Part shown: piece by piece, positions 1-12,900 of the stretch
Layout: each line of letters opens with the position of its first letter
How positions within the stretch are numbered: position 1 is the first letter of the stretch
NCBI RefSeq assembly: GCF_006345805.1
Contig: NC_043004.1
Coordinates: 4,712,001 to 4,776,000 of the forward strand
From: Octopus sinensis
Lineage: Eukaryota
Reading direction: 5' to 3'
DNA length: 64,000 nt
The notes under the pieces: generated by a model
Databases searched by the model: none
Seen by the model: only the letters and a program-made list of their open reading frames with translations
What the model was told of the DNA's origin: nothing
Program-made: the position numbers and the translations under genes

Positions 1-348
1 TTATGTCTATTATAAAGGGTCCAGTTTTTTCTGGATACTTCACAATAGGCTATATACTATTTGTGAAATAAATGAAGGTGAATTAAAGTTTTTATTGTGT
101 GTTCTTAAATGGCTAAATGTGTTCTTAAAATGCCTCTTTCATGATGTAGTTGTTGCAGTCCATGGTTTCTGATCAAGCCACTTAGGCAAACAAGTACCAC
201 TTAAATATATATATTATTGTTATTGCAAAAAAAGATAGAAATTATTGTTGATGTTATTATTTTTGTTATTACTATATTCATATACACACACAAAAGATTA
301 GACTGTTGGTAAAGAAAAATTCTTAAAATAAGGCTACAACAAGTAACC

Positions 349-725
349 TTAGATGCCAAGAACTCCACTAAGTGTCCCAGCTGTCCTTAATAACACTGTT
401 TTCTGCAGCTATACTAAACTGGATTTTATGCCTATTTCCTCTATCCATCTGTTCAAATCTTTAGGGATAGTTCCCAATGCACCTATAACTACTGGGATAC
501 ATTTTACCTACACTTTCCATAGTCTCTGATATTCAATGGCTAGGTCCTGGTACTTTACTATTTTTTCTATACCTCTTATATTAATTTTTTTCATCATTTG
601 GGACTGTAAAGTCAATTATTTGGCACTTTCTATTCTCTTTATCTACTACTACAATACCAGGTCTTCTAGCCTCTGTTACTCTGTCAGTCTGAATGTTCAA
701 GTCCTGCAACATCTTGTATTTCTTA
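349..725 (-). mobile_element. R4/Dong-clade non-LTR retrotransposon 3' fragment (restriction-like endonuclease domain), decayed
   Basis: Minus-strand translation gives LQDLNIQTDRVTEARRPGIVVVDKENRKCQIIDFTVPND, then after a frameshift EKIVKYQDLAIEYQRLWKV*VKCIPVVIGALGTIPKDL...LQKTVLLRTAG. These match the RPDIV/IIDxxVP/KYxDL/PVVIGALG motifs of REL endonucleases. The 5' break abuts a (TAA)n tract. Confidence 0.85.
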
Positions 726-751
726 CTGTATATTATTATTATTATTATTAA

Positions 752-958
752 GCAGAAATGTTGGTATGCCAAGCAAAATGCTTAGCAGTATTTCGTCTGT
801 CTTTACGTTCTGAATTCAAATTTTGCCGAAGTCGTCTTTGCCTTTTATCCTTTTGAGTTTGATAAATTAAGTGCTAGTTGTGTACTGGGGTCGATCTAAT
901 CGATTGGCCACCTCTCTCCCTCTCAAAAATTTTGGGCCTTGTGCCTTGAATAGAAAAG

Positions 959-994
<36 letters not shown>
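752..994 (+). mobile_element. tRNA-derived SINE family C with (ATT)n tail
   Basis: B-box-like GAATTCAAATT, central GCCTTTTATCCTTTT..GATAAATTAAGT..CTGGGGTCGAT motif, (ATT)12 tail. A second copy follows at about 1042-1240. Confidence 0.75.
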
Positions 995-997
<3 letters not shown>

Positions 998-1289
998 GAT
1001 TTATTAAATTAAAAGAAATCATTTTCATCATTGAAGATGATGAGCTGGCAAAATTGTTAGTATGTTGGGCAAAGTGTATAGTGGCATTTCATCTGTCTTT
1101 ACATTCTGGGTTCTAATTCTTGCTGTGGTCAACTTAGCCTTTCATCTTTTCAAGGTCAATAAAATAAATACTAGTTGAGCATTTGGGTTGATGTAATTGA
1201 CTATCCTTTCACCCCAAATTTCAGGCCTTGTTTCTATTATGAGGCTGTTGTATGCTACTTTACTTAGTAGTGAAGTTGTCTTGAAGTTT

Positions 1290-1930
1290 GGGGACAACAA
1301 ATCTCCTCAAAGCTCAAGAATTTTTTTATTTTAGGGTTCTTGCAGAACACAGAACAACACTCTTATGCAGGCTGATAATGTGTGTCACAATTTTGAGAGA
1401 TGTTCTTCGACTTCTTTGGTAGCAATTTATCTATTGTGCCAAGTGCACTATTTACCACAGGAACAGTTGTTACTTTTGCTGCATACACTCTCTTCACCTC
1501 TCTGGTTAGGTTTTGATGTTCCTCAGTGTCTTTGGTATCCATTCAATTTTCCATGTGGTATTGCAGAGTCTGTGATCTTAAACTGTTTCTTTCTTTCCAT
1601 ATTTCTTTCTTTTTTTTTTGTCCTATACAATCGTATCTGGTCTTCTTGCTTCAATATTTCAGTCAGTCTCTATTGAAAACTCATATAAAATCATGTAATT
1701 ATTTCACTATCACAGCCACTGGCTCATGCTTACACCACTTTTCTATCATTTTCAATCCACACTCTTGGCTAATATCCCAATACACTGTTTTTACTAGTAA
1801 AGTCTGGCTAGCACTTATATTCTTTTTGTGCTAGCTTACTGCAGTCACTTAAGGAATGATTAATACTTTCATCTTGTTTTCCACAGATTCTGTGTTTGCT
1901 CTCTGATTTTCACCAATCTTGCTACCTCAC
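1290..1930 (-). mobile_element. Second, more diverged R4/Dong-clade fragment (CCHC zinc knuckle plus REL domain)
   Basis: Minus strand across frameshifts: RICGKQDESINHSLSDCSKLAQKEYK, VYWDISQECGLKMIEKWCKHEP, IEARRPDTIV, EEHQNLTREVKRVYAAKVTTVPVVNSALGTI, LHKSVVLCSARTLK. Confidence 0.8.
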
Positions 1931-2230
1931 TGTATCTTATCCTCCTCCTCCTCTCTTCTCATGACATACAAACTTATTATACTGTTAGAAATTCCTACTG
2001 TTAGTGATTGTATGGGCAATAGAGTATACTCAAGCTTCTGAGAAATTGTATCTGGGCATCATAAAATTCTGTTTTCTGTTCTTTGAAAATCTTAATCTTT
2101 GTCTGAAATAATTATTCTCTCAAAGAAAGTTTTAAAATTTAGTTCATAGGGGATTTTCTTATCTTCTTCACTAGAATGTATATAGTTAAACAGAAAAAAG
2201 AGTTACTTCCTTTCATAACTGTTTTACTAG

Positions 2231-2575
2231 AACATGGCAGTCCTGGTTTAGGACAAATGTTGCTGTAATTTAGCCCCAGGAGACATCGTCTCCAGCTGGC
2301 TATACGATATGATCTGTGTCCTTATGTTTTTGAACAAGGGAATCTTGCACCCCCACTCAGCACAGATTATTCTGTACTGATGAAGGGAAATAACCCGGAA
2401 ATCTTGATATACAGATAATCTTCTGAGCTGAGTGGGGGTGCTAGATTCCCTTGTTCGAAAATATAAGACACAGATTGTTTCATATCGCCAGCTGGAGACG
2501 ATGTCTCCTGGGGCTAAATTGCAGTAACATTCATCCTAAACCAGGACTGCCATGTTTTGTTGGCAAACAATCTTT
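2231..2575 (+). mobile_element. Fold-back (inverted-repeat) element with a central hammerhead motif, probably Penelope-like-derived and non-autonomous
   Basis: Arms 2231-2361 and 2427-2556 are reverse complements (about 90% by eye). Homology to the copy at 62246-62456 extends to about 2575. Confidence 0.8.
2372..2414 (+). ncRNA. Minimal type I hammerhead ribozyme motif
   Basis: CTGTA-CTGATGA-A-GGG-AAATAA-CCC-G-GAAA-TCTTGAT-A-TACAG: helix I CUGUA/UACAG, intact CUGAUGA and GAAA core, near-palindromic helix III AUCUUGAU, AUA cleavage triplet. Confidence 0.65.
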
Positions 2576-2781
2576 AAATCAAAGTTGTTTAATTTTTTGT
2601 TACCTGTGAAAAGCCTATTAGGTATGTTCTCTCAGTATTTTCTATATACATTGTCTAGTTTTTTTCTTCCCATGTGATAATTCTCACTCTAGGAAAACTG
2701 TAAATGGTGTTTATATGTTTTTTACTTTCTTTTTACTTCATGAATTACAAACCTGTAATGTAATTGTGAGGTTACCTTAAA

Positions 2782-2783
<2 letters not shown>

Positions 2784-2831
<48 letters not shown>
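2784..2831. repeat. (GT)24 microsatellite
   Basis: Perfect dinucleotide run. Confidence 0.95.
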
Positions 2832-2835
<4 letters not shown>

Positions 2836-3218
2836 TGTTTGCTTCACACAATCATGTGGTTTTTAGGTTCAGTTCCACTGCTCAGGCTGACCAACCCTTT
2901 TTTGTGAATTTGGTTGATGGAAACTCTGTGGTGGGGTGGGGCATGTACATGTGTGTAATAATACTTGCACTTCTTTGAAAAAAAAAATCACTGAGCTATG
3001 TAGAAGTGGTGGTGTTTTGTCATTTCCTCTGTCAACAGATCAGCTTCTGGCTCTGGGCATTTTAAGACATGCAGAATAAGATACCTCTTACTTGGAAAAC
3101 CAGTAAGGGTTAGCAATAGGAAGGCTCAATAATATATACATTCAATCCTTGCTAGTACAGGAAAATTGACATAAAAAACATTTATTAATTTAGCAAATCG
3201 TATATGCATCAACTAAGC

Positions 3219-3302
3219 CAGTTGTTCCCAACCTGGGGTCTGCGAACCCCTGGTAGTCTGCAAAGATAGTACTGGGGGTCTGTGAACTAAATTCAAAATT
3301 TC

Positions 3303-3335
<33 letters not shown>

Positions 3336-3400
3336 AGGGTAAGCATATTAAAAGGGGTCCATAGAAAAACTCATTTAAATACAGGGATTGGGGACCACTG
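3219..3400. mobile_element. hAT (Charlie-like) MITE
   Basis: TIR CAGTTGTTCCCAACC / GATTGGGGACCACTG; degenerate 8-bp TSD AACTAAGC / TACAAAGC; internal (CA)n. Confidence 0.65.
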
Positions 3401-5724
3401 TACAAAGCTAATCCTTTCAAAATCACTCTGATCTATATGGTCTGGTGTTAGTTTCTACTTTTTTCATACTATTGAGCAGATAAAAGACAAAGCTTTCACT
3501 GGATAGGACACTGGTTTCTATGCCTGTACCTATACTGAACTTATTTATTTATTTTTTAATATGGCTTAGTATGAAGAAGGGCTGCATCTATGATCCTTTG
3601 CAGGGCCCCCAAAACTGATGTCAGAAATAAGGTAGTGAGAAAAAAAATGGTTCATTGGATAACCTAAAACTGGAGACCTGGTTTGAAGGCTTGCAATAGA
3701 ATGGACTCCACTAAAGGTATCTCAAAGGCCAAGTGGTGATGATTAACTCTACCACCCAAAATAACTAGTACAGTTTGCTCTGTAAGGTTCTTGACAATTT
3801 CTGTCTACCCAAGGTTTGGGTCAATCAGAGACAACTAGAAGACACCTGCCCAAGGTGTTGCACAGTGAGATTGAACCTAGAACCATATGATTGTATGACA
3901 GACTTCTTAACCACACATAGGCATAACAGTTGTGAACCTCTGATCATGAAGTGAGACTTTTCTACACCATTGAATGCAGTTACTGAGCGTGGCTTATAAC
4001 TGCTTACATCAGTCTGCTTAAATTTCAACAGGTTCCACTCCTCCTTCATTCCTAGTTGAGGGGTTAATGACAGGAATAGGAAGGGCATCCAGTTGTAAAA
4101 TCAATTACCTCAACATTATGCAAATGTCTAAAACCCCTACTTTTACAAGCTCATCTCACTATTGTTAGCATAGTAAATAGATGTAAAACAGGAAAAAAGA
4201 AAAAGCAAAATTAGTGCTGTACATATAAATATCTTCATTGCAAACATATTATGTTGATGATAGAAATTTTCTTGTTGCTGGTTGTTGAGTATTTCAATCT
4301 TTGCTCACCCTCCATCACCCACAAACCCACCCAGCCATCACCATCTCAGACTTCATGAACCATTAAGCCTTAAATCAATGAAAAGTTATCGAGCTGGTTG
4401 TTAATTTCTCTGACGACCTTTAATTAATATCTGATGTCACTTTCTAAACTTGATCTACTTTCGCTTCAGGAAAAGATCAATTTTTATTTTATTTATTTAA
4501 TTATATATTTTTTCTCTTTTCAAAATAGTTGGCAGGAAACAAGATCTAATGGCTCTGATTACAAGCAATGTTAGACATTAGACAGGAACCCCTGATTCGT
4601 TTGGATCTATACATTCTACAGTTTATTGAATTGAAAACATGTATAATATTATAAGTAGACAGAGTGCACCACTTTATTTAACATTTGTGGTTTGGTTTTT
4701 ATATTAGCATTCTTTATTTATTCTTTTTTTTCTGTAGACTTTTTTGTTTTGAAAGAAGCAAATGTCTGAATTTTGCAATAAAGCCATTCCATGGGGGTCC
4801 CAATCTGTTGCAGGTTTTGACTTCTTATAACATTCTAAAGAAAATTGACATAGGAATTGTTGTTCTCTTGTGTTTCTTATGCAAGCCACTCTCTTCAGTT
4901 ATTTTAGCTAAGAAATTGGCAGTGCTACCATTTTTCTGGATGACCCTGATCTGTGATAAACCCCCCCCCCCAAAAAAAATTTAGCCTTTGGCTTGACCCA
5001 TCCAACCCATAACATGAAAGAGTGAATACAAAAATAGTTTTAACGAAAACAGAGAAGCACTGACATTAACTAGTTGAAGGTCTTCAGAGTTGGTAGTTTT
5101 CTAAGTCTACCTGCAGAAATATTGGTTTGGGGCTGTGTTAGGAGTACAGCATTGATTAGTTATCTAATTATATCCTTTATGACAAATGCAAAAAAACAAA
5201 AAAACAAACAAACATTAATTCATTTATTTTTCTGTTTTTCAAGGGATTCCATTAGTGTGAGAAAATGTTAGTTATTGATTGAGTGTAGGATGTGCACATG
5301 GACTAGGATTGCAGTATGCTGCAGTGTCCCCTCTTTTTGTTTATTATCATTTTTTACAATTTACACAGGATTTTATACTAACAATGTGAGATTTCCTACT
5401 GCTAACCTATATTGAAAGATTTAACTCTGCTTGAAGAGTTTGAAATGTATATTAGTTTACACATTAAATTAACTGGTTATTCAAAATAATCAATGAATTG
5501 AATTAGAGGTTAATGTGTAGAGATTGCTGTGCTATGTTGAGGTTTCTTTTACCCTCCCAACCTAGCTGTTATTATGTACCCTGAGAAGCAACTGCTCTCA
5601 TTTGTCTTTTTAATGTTGTCACAGACTGTTGAGTTTAAATCTTAAATCTGTTTTCTCATCTATGTTTTATGGCTAAGAAGGATACAGTAGAGGTTATTAC
5701 TTGTAGAAAGGGTCTGTCTTGAGC

Positions 5725-5950
5725 CCTAAGATTCATATGGCTGGAGCTTAACCTGACTTCCACAGCATATAAGTGATTAGGATTACAACAGTTACCCCTA
5801 AATGAGATGTTGGTCCGTTGCAAAGTTAACTTCCTAGCTATTGCTGGAAGTGAGTAAACTGGTGTAACATGAAACTCCCTGCTCAGTCTGGGAATCAAAA
5901 CAATGGGTTTTATGATAGTGAGTGCAACACCCTCACAACTAGGCCAAGCA
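5725..5950 (-). mobile_element. Decayed tRNA-derived SINE (V-like family related to 63584-63844)
   Basis: Shares GAGATGTTGGTCCGTTGC..GAGTAAACTGG..GAGTGCAACACCCT with the better copy at 63.6-63.8 kb. Confidence 0.55.
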
Positions 5951-6225
5951 CCTTCAATGGCAGGAAACACTAGAAAATCTACTGCTGCTGACAAGACTGA
6001 AGTATATGATAACCACAACTTGAATAAAAATATTGTGCCCAGTTATCCACAGAAGGATGATCTTTGTCTATTCTAAGTGGTAGCAACATAATTTCACCTG
6101 GAAGATTGTTTATCATTATTATTGTCAATAATAATTAAAAAAAGTGATAGCCAACAAATCATCCAAGTATGAAAAAAAGCAGATAATTTTCCCCATTATT
6201 TAATATTCATTTTGCAAAGATTATC

Positions 6226-6460
6226 TTAACCTTCTTAATACCAGCTTGTCTGACACCACTTTTGATTCCACGATACAAACTTCCTGTCTCAAAGTACTCT
6301 AAATTAAAACCATCCATGAAAATTTCATGTTAATTTAAGTTCCCAAACACCAGCTTAATAATTACAAAGTTAGTATACTAAATTCTTAATTTTCTTGAAA
6401 TTAATTGAAGAAAAAAAAAAGCAGTGTATTTCAATAGAAATAAAGTAATGAAAGAGTTAA
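6226..6460. mobile_element. piggyBac-type MITE (family E), decayed
   Basis: TTAA at both ends; termini resemble CCCTTTCGTTAC..GTAACGAAAGGG of the 36.8 kb copy; internal CCAAACACCAGCTTAAT shared with the degenerate copy near 60.5 kb. A further copy lies at 54063-54257. Confidence 0.55.
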
Positions 6461-7015
6461 TGAACTCCATATTTTAACCTCTCAGCATCTGGCATAAAGC
6501 TACCTCCCCATCTCAAATACTCTGTCCATTTAGTCAAGGGTTTTTTTTTCTTGTCTTTACTTGGTGTCCTCAGTAGTGCTGGTGGCATGAGAAAAACATC
6601 CAATACTCATTGTAAAGAAGTTGGTGTTAGGATGTACAGCCAGCCAAAGAAACCATACCAAAGCTGACATTAAAAGCTCAACACAGTCTTGTGGTTCAGT
6701 GGATATTGTCAAACCATCTTGACTTATGTCAGCATGGAAATTAGACGATGTTAAATAATGATTATTTACTACTGGAATATCCCCAACAGTTTGTTATAGA
6801 AATGGTTTTAAATAAGGTTTCATTATTTGTAGAATATTCTGAGTCACAGTGTAATTATCACATAATGTCATAGTTAACCTACAACATTATTTAATGAAAT
6901 CATTTTTTCTTTCAAGTCTGGTTTTCTTTGAAATTCATTGTTTACGTATAATGTTGTTTAACCCATGTCAACCTAGTGGAGCTATGATAAAAAATATTGG
7001 AGACATGATCATTTC

Positions 7016-7054
<39 letters not shown>

Positions 7055-7834
7055 TATTATTTTATTATTATTATTATTTTCTTTCTTTTTTTTTATTGTC
7101 ATAATGTATCCAAGACAATATTATCCATTGTGCTCTTCATGTTTTAAGACATGGCTATAATTTGAGGGAAATTTGTCTGCTGGATCCTATGTTTTTCATT
7201 AAGAGGTTTCATAAAATTTAGCAAAGTCAGTGTTTCTTAGTCATGAAATGTTATTATCATATGACTGGGGGATGAGTTTGGTGAAAATATTTTTAAAACA
7301 ATAACACCATCACCATCATCCCCCCCCCCCATCATCATTGCTGCTGCCACTAGATGATGTGACTGTTGAACATTCTCACAAGGGAAATTCAATGTGTAAC
7401 AGATATTGCTGTTTTTTGAAATGCACAAATTCTATAAAACACTTGTTTTGAAGGAGGAGTGGGACCTGTGTGTCAGCCAACTGGAATTATGAAACACAAG
7501 TTATATGCTTTACATAAGGAGAACATATAATATAACAACTTGTTTTGAACAAGTAGTGATCATGTGGTCAGTGCACTAAGACAATGTATGTCCCATTATT
7601 GTTATGGAGTATTAACTGGCGCTCTAATTAATGCCACTAGTATCTGTTTATGGCTACATGTTCACTTACACAGACACACAAATGTATATATGTGTAATGG
7701 GCTTCTTACTGTTTCCATTTATCAAATTCTCTCTCAGAGCTTTAGTTAACCAGAAGATATTTACCCAAGCTGCTGCACTGTAGGACCAAACCCAAAAGCA
7801 TGTGATTGTGAAGTGAACTACACAGTCATCTATA

Positions 7835-8025
7835 TATCATCATCATTTAATGTCCATTTTCTATGTTGGCATGGGTTGGATAGTTTGACATGAGCTGGCA
7901 AGGCCAGGAGCCACACCAGGTTCCACAGTCTGTTTTGGTTTGGTTTCCACAGCCAGATGCCCTTCCTAATGTCAATCACTTTACAGAGTGTACTGGGTGC
8001 TTTTTACGTGGAGCCATCACCAGTG
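7835..8025 (-). mobile_element. SINE family D, (GAT)n-tailed
   Basis: CATCATCATTTAATGTCC..GGCATGGGTTGGA..GATGCCCTTCCTAATGTCAATCACTTTACAG consensus blocks. Confidence 0.75.
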
Positions 8026-9524
8026 CTTTTTGGGTAAATTTTTTTCAAGATGCAGAAACTTATAAAAGTGACTTAAGGGCTGAGATTTTCATAACTTCCT
8101 GCTGATAAAAAAAATATAGAAGTATATATGCTAATGTTCTATTTCTCCTGTTTGTTCTCTGAAGCATATGTACACACATACAAACACACATGCACACATA
8201 CATATACACACATTCGTTCATTCAAACTTTACAGAGAACAGATTGACCTTATAAATTACAGAGACTTAACTAATATAGTAGAGGACAAAATAATTTCTAT
8301 CAGAAGTCCTGTTAAAAAATAGTTAACCATTTCTTTACAATGAGGAGCTTTATTAACTGCAATGTAATCAGCATGTTGAATAATTCATGAAGGAAAAGTT
8401 GCTTAACTAATGGGAGAATAAGATCTCTGTCTATAGTGAGGGTAACTACGGCCTAATTAGTGGTAGGATGCACATAGTGCAAAGCATGAATGCAATAATG
8501 CCCACAGAGAAGTGTAACCTGATGTTGCATATACATCAGATAGTGATATTTACGTGTCATTATGTTACAGTATTGCAAGTGCAGCAAGTACAGGGTTATG
8601 ATAAATAGGTTATTTACAGTTCTGGCTGTAGTACCATAGGAATGGCTGAGTTAGTTAGTGGACCAAATTACCCACTGCTGGTGTTGATATTGAGGATTTT
8701 GAGTAGTACCGCTAGTAAATTTGTTGGATAGTTTAATGCTACCACTTGGCCAATGGATGCCTTTAGCAAAATCCACTCTGTTGCAAGCATTCAGACCATG
8801 TTTTGTTACGTGATGATAAGTTGATGTCTTGATATAGTTTCCTACTGTTGTAGCCTGTCAGTCATGGTTTTGTCCTCTCTCTCTCTCTAATTCTTGACCG
8901 GTCTGAGACACTGTAAAAGTCATGGGTTCTGTTCTTTCTCCTTTAAGCCATAAAACATCCGCCATGAAAAAACAACCCTGACAGTTGCTAAGTAATGACT
9001 AGAAGAATTGCAAAATAGATCTCTGCCTTTCTTAGTGAAAACAGATTATCTTTCACTTCAAAAACATGATTGCCAGTTGTTAGAAATGTTGTTCTTTTAT
9101 AACATCGGAGCAATAAGAAAAAAGTTAAGAAAACAAGAAATTAAAGTGTTTGGAAACCGGAGACTTCAGTTCCTGCTTTAGTGTTGAAGATGACAATAAC
9201 TGGAATGCAGTTTAGTGCTAGGACAAGAAAGAGCATCACTGAAATAGGTTAGATTGACTAAAGGATACAGTTTCTTAATCTATGAATTTTTAATTTTATG
9301 TGTAGCATATAAGAGGTGTTGGTTTGCTTTAAGAGTACTCTATATTATCAGTAATAGTATAAATCTGTGTGTGCGACTTTATGTAACAGACAAAAAGGTT
9401 TATCAAAATGCGATCCAATTTCATACATTTTGATTATAGACTTTATTTGCCATTAAAAAGTCCTGAACAGATCAGTTTAAATTGTTAAGTAAAGTAGATT
9501 TGTAGCTATACATATATATATTCT

Positions 9525-9748
9525 TTTATTCTTTATTCTTTTACTTCTTTCAGTCATTTGACTGCAGCCATGCTGGAGCACCACATTTAGTTGAGCAAAT
9601 CGACCCCAAGACTTATTCTTTATAGTACTTATTGTATCAGTCTTCTTTGTTGAAGTGCTAAGTTACGGGGTCATAAACACACCAGCATCGGTTGTCAAGC
9701 GATGTTGGGGGGACAAACACAGATTCACAAACATACACACACACATAT

Positions 9749-9798
<50 letters not shown>

Positions 9799-9951
9799 GA
9801 TGGGATTCTTTCAGTTTCTGTTTACCAAATCCACTCACAAGGCTTTGATTAGCCTGAGGCTATAGTAGAAGACACTTGCCCAAGGTGCCACATAGTGGAA
9901 CTGAACTCAGAACAGTGTGGTTGGTATGCAAGCTACTTACCACACAGCCAC
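9525..9951 (-). mobile_element. SINE family A (tRNA head, central microsatellite, tail-1), full length
   Basis: Minus-strand A box TGGCTGTGTGG and B box GAGTTCAGTTCC, (CA)n/(TA)n hinge, tail ...CTCCAGCATGGCTGCAGTCAAATGACTGAAAGAAGTAAAAG. Confidence 0.85.
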
Positions 9952-9970
9952 ATGTATGTATGTATGCGAA

Positions 9971-10290
9971 GGCATATGGCTCAGTGGTTGGAGCGTTGGG
10001 CTCAGAATCACAGGGTAGTGAGTTTGATTCCTAGGCCAAGCTGTGTGTCATGTTCTTGAGCAAGACACTTTATTTCATGTTGCTCCAGTTCACCCTGCTG
10101 TAGAAATGAGGTGCTGTGTCACTGGTGCCAAACTGTATCAGCTTTTGCCTTTCTCTTGGATAACAGTGGTGGTGTGGAGAGGGGAGACTGATATGCATGG
10201 GCGACTGCTTGTCTTCCATAAACAACCTTGCCTGGACTTGTGCAAACCCATGGTCATTCATAACCGAAGGGATCTTTATAAAAATGTGTG
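9971..10290 (+). mobile_element. SINE family B, head-to-head with the family A copy
   Basis: A box TGGCTCAGTGG, B box GAGTTTGATTCC, body TTCTTGAGCAAGACACTTTATTTCATGTTGCTCCAG. Confidence 0.75.
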
Positions 10291-12153
10291 TGTGATGTGT
10301 GTGTTGTGAATAATATATATACATTGTTTCAAAGATGTAAGATAAGCACTGATTGCTTTAAAAGTGTTTTGTTCAGTCAAAGCTGTAAAGATTATTGGAT
10401 TCTGTGGCATATATGTGGTAGTCTAAGGATTTGTACTATGAGAACTGTTAGTGGCGACCTAAAGATGTTTCCTCTAAAGGAAATGCTAAGAAGGCTAGGT
10501 AGAGGTAGAATATTCTGTGCAGCCATCCAGCTAATACATCCTCAGAAAAATAGTAATGAAAATGGTTATGATGTAAAAGCATTTAGAAAATAATATAGGA
10601 TTTATTCGGATATTATATTAAAGTTAACAGAAAAATTTGAGAAATAATGCAAAATAAGAATGTATAGAAAATAAACTGAGAATACACACTATTTAAAACA
10701 TGACATTATGACATTACAGTGTTGTTATGATGTTCTTTTGTTTTAGTTCATAATAAATTCTCTCTTTTAGATGTAGGGGCCATTTTGTTTTTATATCTAG
10801 ATTTTCATCACTGCAAAATTAATAAGATTTCTGCAATGTCACTAGTTTGTGTGTTGAAACAGCCAAGATTTCTATTTTTCTGTGTTTCTTGCTAGTTTTA
10901 AGAAGCTTGGTATTTACTTTTTCTTTTTTGTTTTACTTCAAATACCAGACAAAGGAAACTTCTGATTTTGTTTTCATTGTCCTTTTTGTTTCAATTTTCA
11001 TTTTCTTTCAGTTATATTCCTCTTGTGCAGTCATCCATAAAACAACTGCTGGTATTCTGCATGCTACAATAAATAGCTGGTGTAGGGGGTAGATAAAACT
11101 CTTGGAGAATAAAACAGATATAAGTAATATTTTGTGCGTGTTGCCATATTTTGCTGTAAGATATAAAAGAGATTTCAGCCTACAAACTCAGACAAGAGTA
11201 TTTCTATCCTATTATGGTATTGACAGTATTTTGTTAATAATACCACACTTAGCATTGTGTTTAAACACTCAATTGTATTCTCATTTTTATTTTATTTTTA
11301 TTTCTCATGTACAGTTGACCTAATATTTATTCTCAAAGGAGAATCTGAGATTTTTTTGATTTATGATGATAACACCCAAATATAATAATATGAGACTAAT
11401 TCTTCCTTCTTTGATTATGTGTGTTTGTATACATATGGATTTCAGACTCCCATTTTCCTACCCTCTGTTTTAAGGATAAGGTGGCCTGAGTAAGATGTGA
11501 GCACAATGTGATTAGATAGATATTGATTTCTAGCTTTGACACAAGGCCACAAATGTTTTGGGTAAGTTGGGCATTATCAATTGAATCTGTTCTAACATAA
11601 GCCAGTGAAAGAACCTCAAAGTGATTATTTAACTTGTTAGAAATAACTCTCAAACTTTCTCAAAATCCTATTCTGCCATCTTAAAAAGAAAAAAAGGGCT
11701 CATAAAACAGTCCTATTTACGGTGAAGAAAAAAGAAAAGATGAAATAATCACTTTTGATCACAAATCTACTTAATGTAGTGCACCTAAGCACAGTGTACA
11801 ATAAGTTTGTTGTATATTAATAAAGGCTAACATCCCCAAATCGTTCTTTTTTGGTGGTATGACGGACCATGCCAATCCATGGTTGGATTTGAATGCAGTG
11901 TCATTGTCTGGTGTATTTCAAGTCCATGACTATACAAGTTTTTTACTATTATTGTTATTACTTTTACCATAATAACAGCAACAACAACAATTTTCTTATG
12001 TAGGCACAAAACCAGAAACTTCTGGAGACAGAACAGTCAATTGTATCAACCCCAGTATTTAGCTAGTACGTACAAAGTCATTGTAACTGCTATTGTATGC
12101 ACTATAAAACCTCCAGTTTGGTGGTGTTTTACTTTTAAATTTGCACAATCTTC

Positions 12154-12186
<33 letters not shown>

Positions 12187-12240
12187 TCACACACTCTCTC
12201 TCTCTCTCCTATTTATTTCATACATTGATATTAATACATT

Positions 12241-12308
12241 TTTCTCTTTCTTTCTGTTTTTCAGGTAAGTTTCGAAATTCCCAGGTTTTCAATGGTGAGG
12301 TGGTAAGC
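12241..12308 (+). promoter_or_regulatory. Recursive-splice-like site (3' splice site fused to a 5' splice site) or 30-nt microexon
   Basis: Pyrimidine tract TTTCTCTTTCTTTCTGTTTTTCAG followed directly by GTAAGT (AG 12263-12264); downstream donors GTGAGG (12295) and GTAAGC (12303). Confidence 0.5.
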
Positions 12309-12675
12309 AGTATGAAAATATTTGTTCTCTATAAGCCATGTTTTTGTATGTTCTATTTATTAATAATCCTTTATATATAAACTTGTGTTCCATATTTTGG
12401 AATAACACTGGCTCTTAACAATTGTGGTTATTTGCATTAGAAGTTTTTATGTTTCAAGCTGGTCATACTTGACTGTGGGCTGGTTGTTGCTCAGTTGTTG
12501 GAATGTTTATTGATATTATCCTTGTTAGTATTATTTATATTCTGAGTTAAATCCTGCAGAGGTTAATTTGGCCTGTCATCGTTCTGGTGGGTGGGTGTTG
12601 ATGAGATAAGCACCGGTCAAGTATTGAAAGGTCAATTAAATTAACTGTCCTGTCCTACAAAATCCCTGGCCTTGT

Positions 12676-12900
12676 GAGCTGGCAGAATTATTAGCATGCA
12701 GGGCAAAATGCTTAGCTGCATTTCGTCCGACTTTCTGTTCTGAGTTCAAATTCTGCCGAGGTTGACTTTGCCTTTTATACTTTCAGGGTTGATAAACTAA
12801 GTACCAGCCAGTTGAGCACTGACTGGGGTCGATGTCATCGCCCAGCCCCCTCCCCACAAATTTCAGGCTGTGTGCATATAGAAAGAAGGATTATTATTAA
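12676..12900 (+). mobile_element. SINE family C, best copy within a cluster of about four decayed copies (12470-13210)
   Basis: GAGCTGGCAGAATTATTAGC head, GAGTTCAAATTC B box, GCCTTTTATACTTTCAGGGTTGATAAACTAAGTACC core, GGATTATTATT tail. Confidence 0.8.
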
